This document shows positions 1 through 9,773 of a stretch of 64,000 bases of DNA, piece after piece. The number at the start of each line of letters is the position of its first letter. Position 1 is the first letter of the stretch. A program made the translations under genes and the position numbers. The stretch lies in the sequence record SRR31156797_4072. One strand, given 5' to 3'. Under the pieces are notes generated by a model. It ran no database searches. It was not told where the DNA came from and was given only the letters and a program-made list of their open reading frames with translations.

Positions 1-2
1 AT

Positions 3-1208
3 TTAACAATAAAGAGTTAAAAGAGTAGCTAACTCATAAGAATAGTCGTCTTCAACTTCTATATCAGGAATTAAACCAACTTCGTAATTTATTGAGTTAT
101 CTACATTCTCAGCTCTCATAATAATAGGTTGGATTGCCCAGTTATGATTTCCTTCTTCATCTTTAATGGTTGTTGATCCATAATACTTACCGTGAGTTTG
201 CTCACCTATTTGTACCACATCCATATATGGCGACAAACTATATATTACCATTTCACTTGCAGAGGCAGTTCCTTCTGTTGTTAAAACATATACCCTACCT
301 AAGTTTAAATTAGCAGGTATCGTATCAAAAGATGTTTCGAAAATTTCATCATAATTTGTAGGATTTTCTGAAATAATATAATCTTCTAAAATATCATTGT
401 AGGCAGTACGTAAAAACAATTTTCCCTGACATGATTTTGGACAAATTAAACTTGCTAGTAGCCTAGCTGTTGAAACAGCACCTCCCGGATTGTAGCGCAA
501 ATCTAAAATTAAATCAGAAATACCTTCTGCCTTAAAATTCGAAAATACATCAGTCAGTTGATCATCGTACTCATTAATAAAACCAGTATAAGCCAGATAA
601 CCTATTTTCATTCCTCCTTCTTCAAAAATTTTATCTTTAAGAATAGGGTTAACCTGTATAACTTCAGCATACACATTCACCGATGGAGACAAATCAACAA
701 GTTCGTCAACACTATTAAAAACACCTAATCCAATATTCAACTCATCTGCATAAAACAAATTCGTATAGTTGTCCGTTGTTATATTTCCTCCATTTATTTT
801 AATTAACATGTCACCGCGTTTTAGCCCAGCTTTATCAGCGGGACCATCAGATTCTACATATTCAATAAATCCAATAACCTGATTGCTATTTCCATATCTA
901 TATAATTTTAATGAATACCCCATCTCCTTTCTCACTCCGGCAAAATAATTTTCTAATTCATCAGCATCATCAGTAATAAAAGACCATCTATCAACAGGTT
1001 GATACAATAGACTTTCAAAATAATCTTTTGTGTTTTTTTGTTTATATGGATCTAGATTTGGCAACTCTGAATTCCATAAATAATAAGTATTCATATTCTG
1101 AGCTACAAATAAATTAATTTCAATAACACTGGGGCCATCGTCTTTATTGCACGCTGTAAGTATAAAAACAAAACTAAGTAGGTAAAAAAGCTTTTTGATT
1201 CTGATCAT
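3..1208 (-). CDS. S41 family peptidase lipoprotein with PDZ domain (C-terminus possibly truncated)
   Basis: Lipobox LTAC; PDZ GPADKAGLKRGD; S41 motifs LILDLRYNPGG, TASASE, GEQTHGK. Confidence 0.88.
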   Translation of the reverse strand: MIRIKKLFYLLSFVFILTACNKDDGPSVIEINLFVAQNMNTYYLWNSELPNLDPYKQKNTKDYFESLLYQPVDRWSFITDDADELENYFAGVRKEMGYSLKLYRYGNSNQVIGFIEYVESDGPADKAGLKRGDMLIKINGGNITTDNYTNLFYADELNIGLGVFNSVDELVDLSPSVNVYAEVIQVNPILKDKIFEEGGMKIGYLAYTGFINEYDDQLTDVFSNFKAEGISDLILDLRYNPGGAVSTARLLASLICPKSCQGKLFLRTAYNDILEDYIISENPTNYDEIFETSFDTIPANLNLGRVYVLTTEGTASASEMVIYSLSPYMDVVQIGEQTHGKYYGSTTIKDEEGNHNWAIQPIIMRAENVDNSINYEVGLIPDIEVEDDYSYELATLLTLYC

Positions 1209-1339
1209 TTTGATTGTTTTAATGGATAAGGATTAGGAATTACTTTTCATAAACAAACATAATAAATAATTTTAGCTTTTGAATAATTCAAGTATGTATT
1301 CAAATATTGAGAACAATCGATAATGTAACAACTATATAA

Positions 1340-1371
1340 AATAACAAAGGCCACCTAAAAAAGGCAGCCTT
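1340..1371 (-). terminator. Intrinsic terminator downstream of MaoC gene
   Basis: Minus strand AAGGCTGCCT-TTTTT-AGGTGGCCTT stem (with G-U pairs) followed by TGTTATTTT. Confidence 0.6.
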
Positions 1372-1395
1372 AAAATATTTTGGATAAAAACTAAT

Positions 1396-1860
1396 CTACT
1401 TAAAATGATATAAGAAAATAATTTCTCCCTCAAAGGCGGGTTTTCTATTCCCTTCAATTTCTAATACTACACCAATTGATGCTTTTGTAACTCCCCTCAA
1501 GTTCTTTACATCATTCACCTTAGCTACCAATCGCACTTGAGAATCTACCAATACCGGCTGATTAAACTTAAGACTTTCAATACCATAATTCACCTGTAGC
1601 TTAATATTTTGAACATCTACTGTTTGCTCCCATAAATAAGCTAGTAAAGACACGGTTAAATATCCATGTGCAATTGTATTTCCAAAAGGAGATTCCTTTT
1701 TAGCTCTTTCTGGATCTGTATGAATCCACTGGTGATCTAACGTAGCATCCGCAAACTGATTAATTTGCTCTTGTGTAATTGTATGGTATTCCGATTTTCC
1801 TAACTCCTGACCTTTTAAAGCTTCTAACTCCTCGAAACTCTTAATCACTAATTTAGACAT
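1396..1860 (-). CDS. MaoC family dehydratase (hotdog fold)
   Basis: FADATLDHQWIHTDPERA and TIAHGYLT motifs; start moved to MSKLV at 1860. Confidence 0.9.
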   Translation of the reverse strand: MSKLVIKSFEELEALKGQELGKSEYHTITQEQINQFADATLDHQWIHTDPERAKKESPFGNTIAHGYLTVSLLAYLWEQTVDVQNIKLQVNYGIESLKFNQPVLVDSQVRLVAKVNDVKNLRGVTKASIGVVLEIEGNRKPAFEGEIIFLYHFK

Positions 1861-1895
1861 ATATAATATGATTTGTGTTTTAAAAAAATGAAGCA

Positions 1896-1903
1896 CAAAT
1901 ATA
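1896..1903 (-). promoter_or_regulatory. Bacteroidota sigma-A -7 element for the MaoC gene
   Basis: Minus strand TATATTTG matches TAnnTTTG, 35 nt upstream of the ATG. Confidence 0.5.
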
Positions 1904-1947
1904 AGCTTTTTAGCTTAACCAACTAATCAGATCTTATATGAGAAGGA

Positions 1948-2640
1948 TTAATCCAAACTAAAACGAACGAATATCTCGTACTCCAATTCAATCTTTTCAA
2001 AATCTATAGTTGGCAGATCCATTTTTGCCAAAGATGTACTGGCTTCAAATGCTACATTATTTACCTTGGCCCTGTATGGCATATAGTTGCGCTCTTGAAT
2101 ATAAATAGCTTTGCCAATATTTTGGTCAATCGCCTTCGCTAAATTGGATGCTTTTTTTCGTGCAGCCTGTATCGACTTAACTTTAACCTTTTCCTTATAT
2201 GCTTCTATTTGGGAGTGATCAGTCTTTACTACTTCCATATTTGAAATGCCAAGATCTTCCATAGCCATAAAAACTTCTGCTACTTTAACACCTGAATTTA
2301 CTTTAAGCATATAGCTTTTAGTATTGTGAATATCCTTTTTCTTATACCAATAATCTTTAAAACGACTTGAGTAATCTGAGATTGTTAAATCATTTGCAAC
2401 ATCAATACCAATATCAACCAAAGTCTTTATCATTTTCTTTTCTAAAGACTCAACAGCTTGTTTACCTTTGCTATCATCTTCTTTAAGTTCTATAGAAATA
2501 AAAATTTCGTCAGGAACAATTTCCATTTTAGCTGTTCCTGTTACTTCAATATAGGGTTGATCAATAAAGTTTTTAGCCGTTTGTGCTTCAATAAGCAATA
2601 CCATTTGTACTAATAGTAATAATGCGAATAGTTTTTTCAT
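1948..2640 (-). CDS. SIMPL / DUF541 family exported protein
   Basis: Signal peptide MKKLFALLLL (start 2640); IEVTGTAKMEIVPD and AARKKASNLAKAIDQNIGKAIYIQE patterns. Confidence 0.85.
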   Translation of the reverse strand: MKKLFALLLLVQMVLLIEAQTAKNFIDQPYIEVTGTAKMEIVPDEIFISIELKEDDSKGKQAVESLEKKMIKTLVDIGIDVANDLTISDYSSRFKDYWYKKKDIHNTKSYMLKVNSGVKVAEVFMAMEDLGISNMEVVKTDHSQIEAYKEKVKVKSIQAARKKASNLAKAIDQNIGKAIYIQERNYMPYRAKVNNVAFEASTSLAKMDLPTIDFEKIELEYEIFVRFSLD

Positions 2641-2785
2641 CTTAAAAGTCTTTTTATAAGTTAAAACGAATTCTGGTTTGCAAATTCTATTCCCAAAACA
2701 GAATACCTGTTTATTTTTACAATCTCTATATTGATGATGCACAAAAATGCATATTCCATAAAACCAATTGAAGAAATATAATTGC

Positions 2786-2823
2786 AAAAAAAAAGCACCT
2801 GCAATTAAATTACAGATGCTTTC
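2786..2823 (-). terminator. Intrinsic terminator of ahpC
   Basis: Minus strand AAAGCATCTGTAA..TTGCAGGTGCTTT stem running into a T9 tract. Confidence 0.75.
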
Positions 2824-2851
2824 TGATTTATGTTCAGAGAGAATTAAATTC

Positions 2852-3484
2852 TTAGTTATTTCCTAAATATTCTGAGATTCCTTCTTGAGATGCAACCAAA
2901 CCTTTATCTCCTGCATGCCAGTCAGCTGGACAAACCTCTCCATTTTCTTCAAAGAATTGTAATGCATCGATCATTCTTAAAGTTTCCTCTACGCTACGAC
3001 CTAGTGGCATATCATTTACAACCTGATGACGTACAACTCCTTCTTTATCAATTAAGAATAAACCACGATAAGCCATTGGAGTTCCTTCGAATACTAATTG
3101 TCCATCTTCGTTGTAATCGTACTCACCTGCTAGAACATCGTAGTTTTCAGAAATAGTCATTGAATTATCAGCTACTAAAGGAAACTTAACGCCTTTAATA
3201 CCACCTTCTTTTTTCTCAGTTTGTAACCATTTCCAGTGAGAGAATGCTGAATCTACAGATACACCTATAACTTCTACATTTCTTTTCTCAAATTCTGCAA
3301 TCTTATCCTGAAAAGCTATAATTTCTGTTGGACATACAAATGTAAAATCAGCTGGATAAAAGAATAAAACTACATTCTTCTTTCCTACAAACTGATCAAG
3401 AGAATAATTCTCTACTATTTCACCGCCATTAATAACTGCTTCTGCTTTAAATGCTGGTGCTTTTTTTCCGACTAATACTGCCAT
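2852..3484 (-). CDS. ahpC: 2-Cys peroxiredoxin (AhpC/TSA)
   Basis: FFYPADFTFVCPTE peroxidatic and GEVCPADW resolving motifs. Confidence 0.95.
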   Translation of the reverse strand: MAVLVGKKAPAFKAEAVINGGEIVENYSLDQFVGKKNVVLFFYPADFTFVCPTEIIAFQDKIAEFEKRNVEVIGVSVDSAFSHWKWLQTEKKEGGIKGVKFPLVADNSMTISENYDVLAGEYDYNEDGQLVFEGTPMAYRGLFLIDKEGVVRHQVVNDMPLGRSVEETLRMIDALQFFEENGEVCPADWHAGDKGLVASQEGISEYLGNN

Positions 3485-3651
3485 AATGTTTTAAGTTAAA
3501 AATTTGTTTATAATGTATGTTAAACGATTAGTTTCAAAAGCTCAAACAAAAGGTAGTTAATAATGTTCGAAAAAAACAGTAAAAAATTACCTATTTATTC
3601 TTAAAACACTTTTTAAATAATGATAAACAATGGTTTAAATACATTAAAAAA

Positions 3652-4875
3652 CTATTTAGCAGAAAGCTCCACAATTTTTAAAATTACATCTACAGCTTTT
3701 TCCATACTTTGAAGTGGAACAAACTCAAAACGACCATGAAAATTATGTCCTCCGGCAAATATATTAGGTGTAGGAAGTCCCATAAAAGAAAGTCTTGAAC
3801 CATCTGTTCCTCCACGAATTGGTTTTATAAGAGGCTTAACACCTACCTGTTTCATGGCCTCTTCTGCCTGATCTACAATATACTTTACAGGTTCAACCTT
3901 TTCTCGCATATTGTAGTATTGATCTTTAATCTCAATTTCGACCGTTCCATTTCCGTATTCTGCATTTAGTTTGTTAACTAAATGTTGCATTTCCTTTTTT
4001 CTGTCTTCAAATCGCCCACGCTTAAAATCCCTAATAATATAAGTAAGCTCTGATTTCTCAACTTCACCAGAAAAAGACATTAAATGATAAAAACCTTCAT
4101 ATCCGGAAGTGTGCTCCGGTGTTTCTACTCTTGGCAGCATAGAAATGATTTGATTAGCCATACGAATTGAATTTCGCATTTTATTTTTGGCATATCCCGG
4201 ATGTACATTTCTTCCGTATACAGTTATTTTAGCTATGGCTGCATTAAAATTTTCATATTCTAACTCTCCTATTTCTCCACCATCCATTGTGTAAGCATAA
4301 GCTGCCCCAAATTTATCAACATCAAAATGATCTGCACCGGCTCCTATTTCTTCATCTGGTGTAAAACCAATTCTCACTTTTCCATGCTTAATTTCCGGAT
4401 GATTGATTAAATATTCTGCTGCTGTAACAATTTCTGCAACACCAGCTTTATCATCCGCCCCCAATAAAGTAGTTCCATCTGTAGTAATTAAAGTTTGACC
4501 TTGATAGTTCTTTAATTCAGGAAAATCAGATGTAGTCATAAGGATATTTTCTTCTTTTTTTAGCAAAACATCCATTCCTTCATAGTTTTCAATAATTTGA
4601 GGATTCACGTGTTTTCCTGTAAAGTCAGGACTTGTATCCACATGTGCAATAAAACCAAGAACAGGAACATCTTTATCAATATTTGAAGGAATTGTAGCCA
4701 TCACATAGCCATTATCATCCAACTCAACCTCTTCGAGTCCAATCTCCTTTAGTTCTTCTACTAACTGTTGTGAGAATTTCATCTGTCCCGGAGTAGAAGG
4801 CGTTAAGCCAGTATCTGTATCTGACTGTGTATCTATTTTAACGTATTTTAGAAAACGATCTAATAATGTTGTCAT
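3652..4875 (-). CDS. pepT: Peptidase T (M20B tripeptide aminopeptidase)
   Basis: [39 protein letters not shown]. Confidence 0.96.
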   Translation of the reverse strand: MTTLLDRFLKYVKIDTQSDTDTGLTPSTPGQMKFSQQLVEELKEIGLEEVELDDNGYVMATIPSNIDKDVPVLGFIAHVDTSPDFTGKHVNPQIIENYEGMDVLLKKEENILMTTSDFPELKNYQGQTLITTDGTTLLGADDKAGVAEIVTAAEYLINHPEIKHGKVRIGFTPDEEIGAGADHFDVDKFGAAYAYTMDGGEIGELEYENFNAAIAKITVYGRNVHPGYAKNKMRNSIRMANQIISMLPRVETPEHTSGYEGFYHLMSFSGEVEKSELTYIIRDFKRGRFEDRKKEMQHLVNKLNAEYGNGTVEIEIKDQYYNMREKVEPVKYIVDQAEEAMKQVGVKPLIKPIRGGTDGSRLSFMGLPTPNIFAGGHNFHGRFEFVPLQSMEKAVDVILKIVELSAK

Positions 4876-5198
4876 ATTAAAATTTTGTATGAAATATGTT
4901 AAAAATATAAGTTAATTCTACAAAAAACAAAGATGGAAACTCAATATTTGAAGCCTTCTGATAATTATCATCTAAATGCATAAAAATCATGAAAAGAATA
5001 AAATTAATTACTAAAGGACTCATAGAGCCATTTTTTTAATAATTAGAAAGCACATTAACTACTTATATTTTTTTAAATATTTTATAGTAATAGATGCAAC
5101 CTTTATTAAAATTAGCTGTCCATTCTATAAAATTGGCAATTCACCCTAAATAATTAGCCATTCATACTTTTTAAGTTAAAGGCCTTTTATTTATTTAA

Positions 5199-5206
5199 TA
5201 TTTTTG
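5199..5206 (+). promoter_or_regulatory. Sigma-A -7 element upstream of ECF sigma gene
   Basis: TATTTTTG matches TAnnTTTG, 22 nt before the ATG. Confidence 0.45.
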
Positions 5207-5228
5207 TGATTCAATATTACACCCTTTT

Positions 5229-5807
5229 ATGAACGAACAGCTTTTGTTGAATAAATTATCAGAGAATGATGAAAATGCTTTTAAGGAAGTGTTTTTATTA
5301 TATTACCAGCAATTAGTTGTTTTTGCTAATAAAATGGTTTTTGATTTAGATCAATCACGTGATATTGTGCAGGATGTATTAGTAAGTTTTTACGAAAAAA
5401 AAAGTTTTAAAGATATCCATACTTCTTTAAAAGCTCATTTATACCAATCTGTTAAAAATCGCTGTTTAAACTATATTAAAAGAGAGCAATTGATTAGAAA
5501 TCATCATGCTAATATTTTTAATATTGAAAAAGATTCTCAGCAACAGTTTGATGATTTAGTTGAACAGACAGAATTAGAGCAAAGAATTTATTCAATTATC
5601 AATTCCTTACCTAAACAATGTCAAAAGATATTTGAAATGAGCCGGTTTGATGGAAAGTCGAATGCTGATATTGCGGAAGAATTATCTATTTCAAAAAGAA
5701 CAGTAGAAACTCAAATTAGTAATGCATTAAAAAAAATCAGGGTTAAATTAGCTAATTACCTCACAGTATGCTCACTAACACTGGCTCTGTTTTCATTTCT
5801 ATTTTAA
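5229..5807 (+). CDS. ECF sigma-70 factor, Bacteroidota expansion type
   Basis: Region 2 DIVQDV..YQSVKNRCLNY; region 4 LPKQCQKIFEMSRFDGKSNADIAEELSISKRTVETQI; hydrophobic C-terminal tail. Confidence 0.93.
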   Translation: MNEQLLLNKLSENDENAFKEVFLLYYQQLVVFANKMVFDLDQSRDIVQDVLVSFYEKKSFKDIHTSLKAHLYQSVKNRCLNYIKREQLIRNHHANIFNIEKDSQQQFDDLVEQTELEQRIYSIINSLPKQCQKIFEMSRFDGKSNADIAEELSISKRTVETQISNALKKIRVKLANYLTVCSLTLALFSFLF

Positions 5808-5841
5808 ACTAATTCTAAACTATCATTTTTGTAAATTTATA

Positions 5842-5867
5842 TACGTGTGAATTACCTACAGTTTGTC
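5842..5867 (+). promoter_or_regulatory. Candidate ECF-dependent promoter (TACGTG-N16-TGTC)
   Basis: TACGTG 5842-5847 and TGTC 5864-5867 just downstream of the sigma gene; resembles motifs I recall ahead of Bacteroidota FecR operons. Confidence 0.45.
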
Positions 5868-5902
5868 ATACTTAAACAAAATTAAACCTCAAAAACTTAA
5901 AC

Positions 5903-6049
5903 ATGGAATTTATATTACAACTTTTTGCAGAAATCATGGAGCAATCAAGAACGGAAAACGAGATAAGTAATCTTGAAAAAGAAGAAATTCTGCAAACAAA
6001 CGAAGAAATAGTCGAAGAAAATTTTTTTAGTGTAATGCAATTTCATTAG
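5903..6049 (+). CDS. Unannotated 48-aa acidic small protein
   Basis: Manual translation MEFILQLFAEIMEQSRTENEISNLEKEEILQTNEEIVEENFFSVMQFH*; A-rich leader AAAAACTTAAAC; fills the sigma-FecR gap. Confidence 0.55.
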   Translation: MEFILQLFAEIMEQSRTENEISNLEKEEILQTNEEIVEENFFSVMQFH

Positions 6050-6095
6050 TTAAGTTTTATGTGTTGATTGAAAATAAAAGCTGAATAAGACAATA

Positions 6096-7070
6096 GTGGG
6101 TGATCATTTAGAACATATTGAACAATTAATTATTAACTATCTAAATAATAGTATTAATAAGCAGGAGCAACAAGAATTAAATACCTGGAAGTCTTTGAGT
6201 GAAGAAAATCAGGAGATTTTTAATTCATATGTTGATTTCTGGAATATAAGTTCCAAGTGTGAGATATTTAATCAAATTAATCTCGATAAAGATTGGGATA
6301 TCATTTGTAAGAAAAGATCAAAGCAGATAACTCAAGTTTCCGGCAAAAAATACTCCTTAATAATAAGAAGAATTGCAGCTGTACTTATACCTGCATTATT
6401 AATTGTAAGTGCTAGCTACGTGTATTGGAATGTTCCTGGATTTGGTCGTTTAACTGCTTACCAAACGAGCTCAGAAATAATGGAAGTTTCTTTACCTGAT
6501 GGCTCTATTGTATCCTTGAATAAGAATAGTAAAATTGTTTTTTCCAATAACATTGATAAGTCTGCTATTCGTACAGTGAGTTTGGAGGGAGAAGCATTAT
6601 TTAATGTTAATCACAACCGTACTGAGTTTAATGTGAATGTTTCTGACGTAAACATAAAAGTTATGGGGACTGAATTTAATGTAAATGCAAAACAGCCTCA
6701 AATAATGGTTTCTGTATTAGAAGGGAAAGTGCTAGTTTCTACACTATTAGACCATGTTGTTCTTACGAAAGGAGAACGGGCATTGGTAAATAAATCAATG
6801 CTTAAGGAAGAATTTGGGATGACAGATAATGATGTTTACTGGAATTCAAAAAAACTTAGATTTAAGCAGGCCGATTTAAAAGAAATCTGTAACACGCTCA
6901 AAAAGGTATTTCCTGAAATTAAATCAATAAAATTCAAAAGTAAAGATTTTAACATTAAGGTTACTACAACATTCAATAATCAATCGTTAGAGGAAATAAT
7001 AGAAGAGCTTAAATTACATTTTGACAAAAAAATTAATTTTGAAGACGGTACTTTGATTGTCTCTGATTAA
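6096..7070 (+). CDS. fecR: FecR family anti-sigma factor
   Basis: N-terminal ELNTW helix, single TM, LPDGSIVSLNKNS, LEGEALFNV, VMGTEFNV; GTG start. Confidence 0.92.
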   Translation: MGDHLEHIEQLIINYLNNSINKQEQQELNTWKSLSEENQEIFNSYVDFWNISSKCEIFNQINLDKDWDIICKKRSKQITQVSGKKYSLIIRRIAAVLIPALLIVSASYVYWNVPGFGRLTAYQTSSEIMEVSLPDGSIVSLNKNSKIVFSNNIDKSAIRTVSLEGEALFNVNHNRTEFNVNVSDVNIKVMGTEFNVNAKQPQIMVSVLEGKVLVSTLLDHVVLTKGERALVNKSMLKEEFGMTDNDVYWNSKKLRFKQADLKEICNTLKKVFPEIKSIKFKSKDFNIKVTTTFNNQSLEEIIEELKLHFDKKINFEDGTLIVSD

Positions 7071-7114
7071 AAATACATACTTTTATCGGAATTTTAGCTT
7101 TCTTCTAATCGAAC

Positions 7115-9766
7115 ATGCTCAAAATCCGGTTAATCAAAAAAATTATATTTTTTACCAGTATATGCTTTATTGTAAATAATGCAATGGGGCAAAGTATACT
7201 TGAAAAATATATATCCATTCCTCAAAATACCGGATCTACTGAAGAACTATTACTTGCTATTGAAGAAGAAACTCAAATTACATTTAGTTATAGTAATAAA
7301 GTTTGTTTGGAAGATTCCATTGTATTATCAACTAATCGTAATTCAATAGAAGGGTTTATAAATGAAATCTTTAAGAATTGTCCGGTTGAGATAAATCCAC
7401 GAAAAAATAAAATTATAATTACGCCAGCTCCCACTCAAGCTGAGGAAAAATTTGTAATTAAAGGTTTTATAAACAACATTAAAAATGGAGAAGTACTTAT
7501 AGGAGCCTCTATTTATGACTCTCATTTATGGCAAGGAACTTCTTCTAATAATTTTGGCTTTTACAGTTTAACCTTACCCAAAGGTGAAATCATCCTCAAT
7601 TGCTCCTTTATTGGTTTTAGCACTCAGCAACATCGTTTTACCTTAACAAAAGATACAACACTAAATTTCAATTTAATATTCAACAATAAAATTAAGGAAA
7701 TCCCTGTAGTAAGTTATCTTGGGAAAGATGGAATTAACACAAGCAGAACAAGTACAGTAAATGTTCCGGTAGAACAACTTCAAAAATTTCCTTCTTTTTT
7801 AGGAGAAGTAGATGTGATTAAAACATTACAACTTCTTCCCGGAATCAATAGTGGTAGTGAGGGAGCCAGTGGATTATTTGTTCGCGGAGGTAGTGTGGAT
7901 CAGAATCTGTATTTATTGGATGACGTACCTGTCTATAATATTTCTCATTTATTTGGCTTCTTCTCTGTTTTTAATGCTGATGCAATTAATAATATTTCCG
8001 TAACGAAAGGAGGATTTCCAGCCAGGTATGGAGGTAGACTTTCTTCTGTTATAGACATTAGGATGAAAGATGGTAATACTGAAAAGATTAAAGGCAAAGT
8101 TAGTTTAGGAATGATGTCATCTAAATTGGCTCTTGATGGTCCTCTTTATAAAGATAAAACAACTTTCAACGTGTCTTTTCGAAGATCTTACTTCGATTTA
8201 TTCGCATTACCATTGCAAGCCGGTAGAAGCAGTAAAACAGCTTTTTATTTTTATGATTCCAATTTAAAAGTTAGCCATAAGTTTTCGGATAGAAGTAGGC
8301 TTTATTTGAGTTTATATGGTGGTCGAGATAAATACTATACCCGTTTTAACTTTAATAAAGTACGAAATCCGGATCAACCAGAAGATCAAAATGATATGAT
8401 CAACATTAACGATCAAAGCTATTCTGGTTGGGGAAATGTGGTTGGTTCATTACGTTTAAACACTATTTATAGTGATAAATTATTTTCAAACTTTTCTTTA
8501 GCTTACAGCAACTACACCTATTTTGTAGGTTACGAAGAACACAATACTTCAAATAATGATTGGAATTATTTTGAGCAAAAGTATTACAGCGGAATTTCTG
8601 ATATCATGCTCAAATTAAACTATGATTTCTTTTCAAACCCTAAACATTATATTCGATTTGGAGGTAATTATACGCATCATATTTTTAATCCTGGCATTGA
8701 TTTTTTAAGAAGAACACGAAACAATGAATCTGTATTAGATTCTACAATAGGTGGAAAAAATATTTTAGGTGATGAGTTATTCTTTTATATTGAAGATGAT
8801 ATGAAATTGTCTTCCAAAATAAAAGCGAACATAGGTGTTCACTCATCATTTTATTTTACCGGAAATACCAGTTATCACTCTATTCAACCTCGTTTTTCAC
8901 TTAATTACTTATTCAGACCTAGATTTGCTTTGAAAATATCTTATGCCAGGATGACGCAATATATGCATTTACTTGGTTCGTCAACGGTTACGCTACCTAC
9001 TGATTTGTGGATTCCGGTTACAGATAACATAAAGCCCCAATTTGCAGATCAGATTTCATTAGGAATTAAATGGCAATGGACCGAAGGATTTACATTGTCA
9101 CTGGAAGGTTACTATAAAAAGTATAAACAACTTTTATCATCTTTCAATAATTCAGTCTTTATCGGAATTAACAATGTAAATCAAATTGTTTTCTCTTATG
9201 GGAAAGGCTATTCGAAAGGATTAGAATTCTTAATTCATAAAAAGGCTGGAGATTTAACAGGTTGGTTGGGTTATACTTTGTCTAAATCGGCACAACGTTT
9301 TAGTGACATTAATAATGGGGATTATTTTCCTATGACCAACGATAGAAGACATAGTGTTGGATTATTCACAAACTATAAATTTAATTCCAAAGTTGATATG
9401 GCATTGACCTGGTCTTTGGGTAGTGGAAATTACATTACACTTCCTACAGAAAAATTCTACGTTCCTCAACTTCCCACAGAGGGAAATTCTGAATCAAACT
9501 CCTACAGTGAACTTTATGGGAAGGTAAACGGTTTTAAAATGCCAATTTCTCACAGGTTCGATGTTGGGATTAACTTTAATAAGGAAATAAAATATGGTCA
9601 ACGAACATGGAGTTTTGGACTTTTTAACGCCTATGGTAGTCAAAACGCATTTTCTGTGTATTTTGATACAGACATTAATAGCAATGGAGAGGAAATACGT
9701 CAATTAAAACAATTAAGCATTTTTCCTATTCCTATTCCCTATATTCGTTACACGTTAAAGTTTTAA
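7115..9766 (+). CDS. TonB-dependent transducer with N-terminal signalling (STN-like) and CarboxypepD-like domains
   Basis: STN-like ELLLAIEEETQITFSYS; plug GEVDVIKTLQLLPG, VRGGSVDQNL, GGFPARYGGRLSSV; terminal Phe. Confidence 0.92.
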   Translation: MLKIRLIKKIIFFTSICFIVNNAMGQSILEKYISIPQNTGSTEELLLAIEEETQITFSYSNKVCLEDSIVLSTNRNSIEGFINEIFKNCPVEINPRKNKIIITPAPTQAEEKFVIKGFINNIKNGEVLIGASIYDSHLWQGTSSNNFGFYSLTLPKGEIILNCSFIGFSTQQHRFTLTKDTTLNFNLIFNNKIKEIPVVSYLGKDGINTSRTSTVNVPVEQLQKFPSFLGEVDVIKTLQLLPGINSGSEGASGLFVRGGSVDQNLYLLDDVPVYNISHLFGFFSVFNADAINNISVTKGGFPARYGGRLSSVIDIRMKDGNTEKIKGKVSLGMMSSKLALDGPLYKDKTTFNVSFRRSYFDLFALPLQAGRSSKTAFYFYDSNLKVSHKFSDRSRLYLSLYGGRDKYYTRFNFNKVRNPDQPEDQNDMININDQSYSGWGNVVGSLRLNTIYSDKLFSNFSLAYSNYTYFVGYEEHNTSNNDWNYFEQKYYSGISDIMLKLNYDFFSNPKHYIRFGGNYTHHIFNPGIDFLRRTRNNESVLDSTIGGKNILGDELFFYIEDDMKLSSKIKANIGVHSSFYFTGNTSYHSIQPRFSLNYLFRPRFALKISYARMTQYMHLLGSSTVTLPTDLWIPVTDNIKPQFADQISLGIKWQWTEGFTLSLEGYYKKYKQLLSSFNNSVFIGINNVNQIVFSYGKGYSKGLEFLIHKKAGDLTGWLGYTLSKSAQRFSDINNGDYFPMTNDRRHSVGLFTNYKFNSKVDMALTWSLGSGNYITLPTEKFYVPQLPTEGNSESNSYSELYGKVNGFKMPISHRFDVGINFNKEIKYGQRTWSFGLFNAYGSQNAFSVYFDTDINSNGEEIRQLKQLSIFPIPIPYIRYTLKF

Positions 9767-9773
9767 ATTTGAT

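Noticed and set aside
3590..3640. Possible OxyR box upstream of ahpC
   Set aside because: Only a loose match to ATAG-N7-CTAT repeats in very AT-rich DNA
5096..5120. GCAAC-N16-TGTC resembling another ECF promoter upstream of the sigma gene
   Set aside because: Short single motif that could arise by chance; needs TSS data
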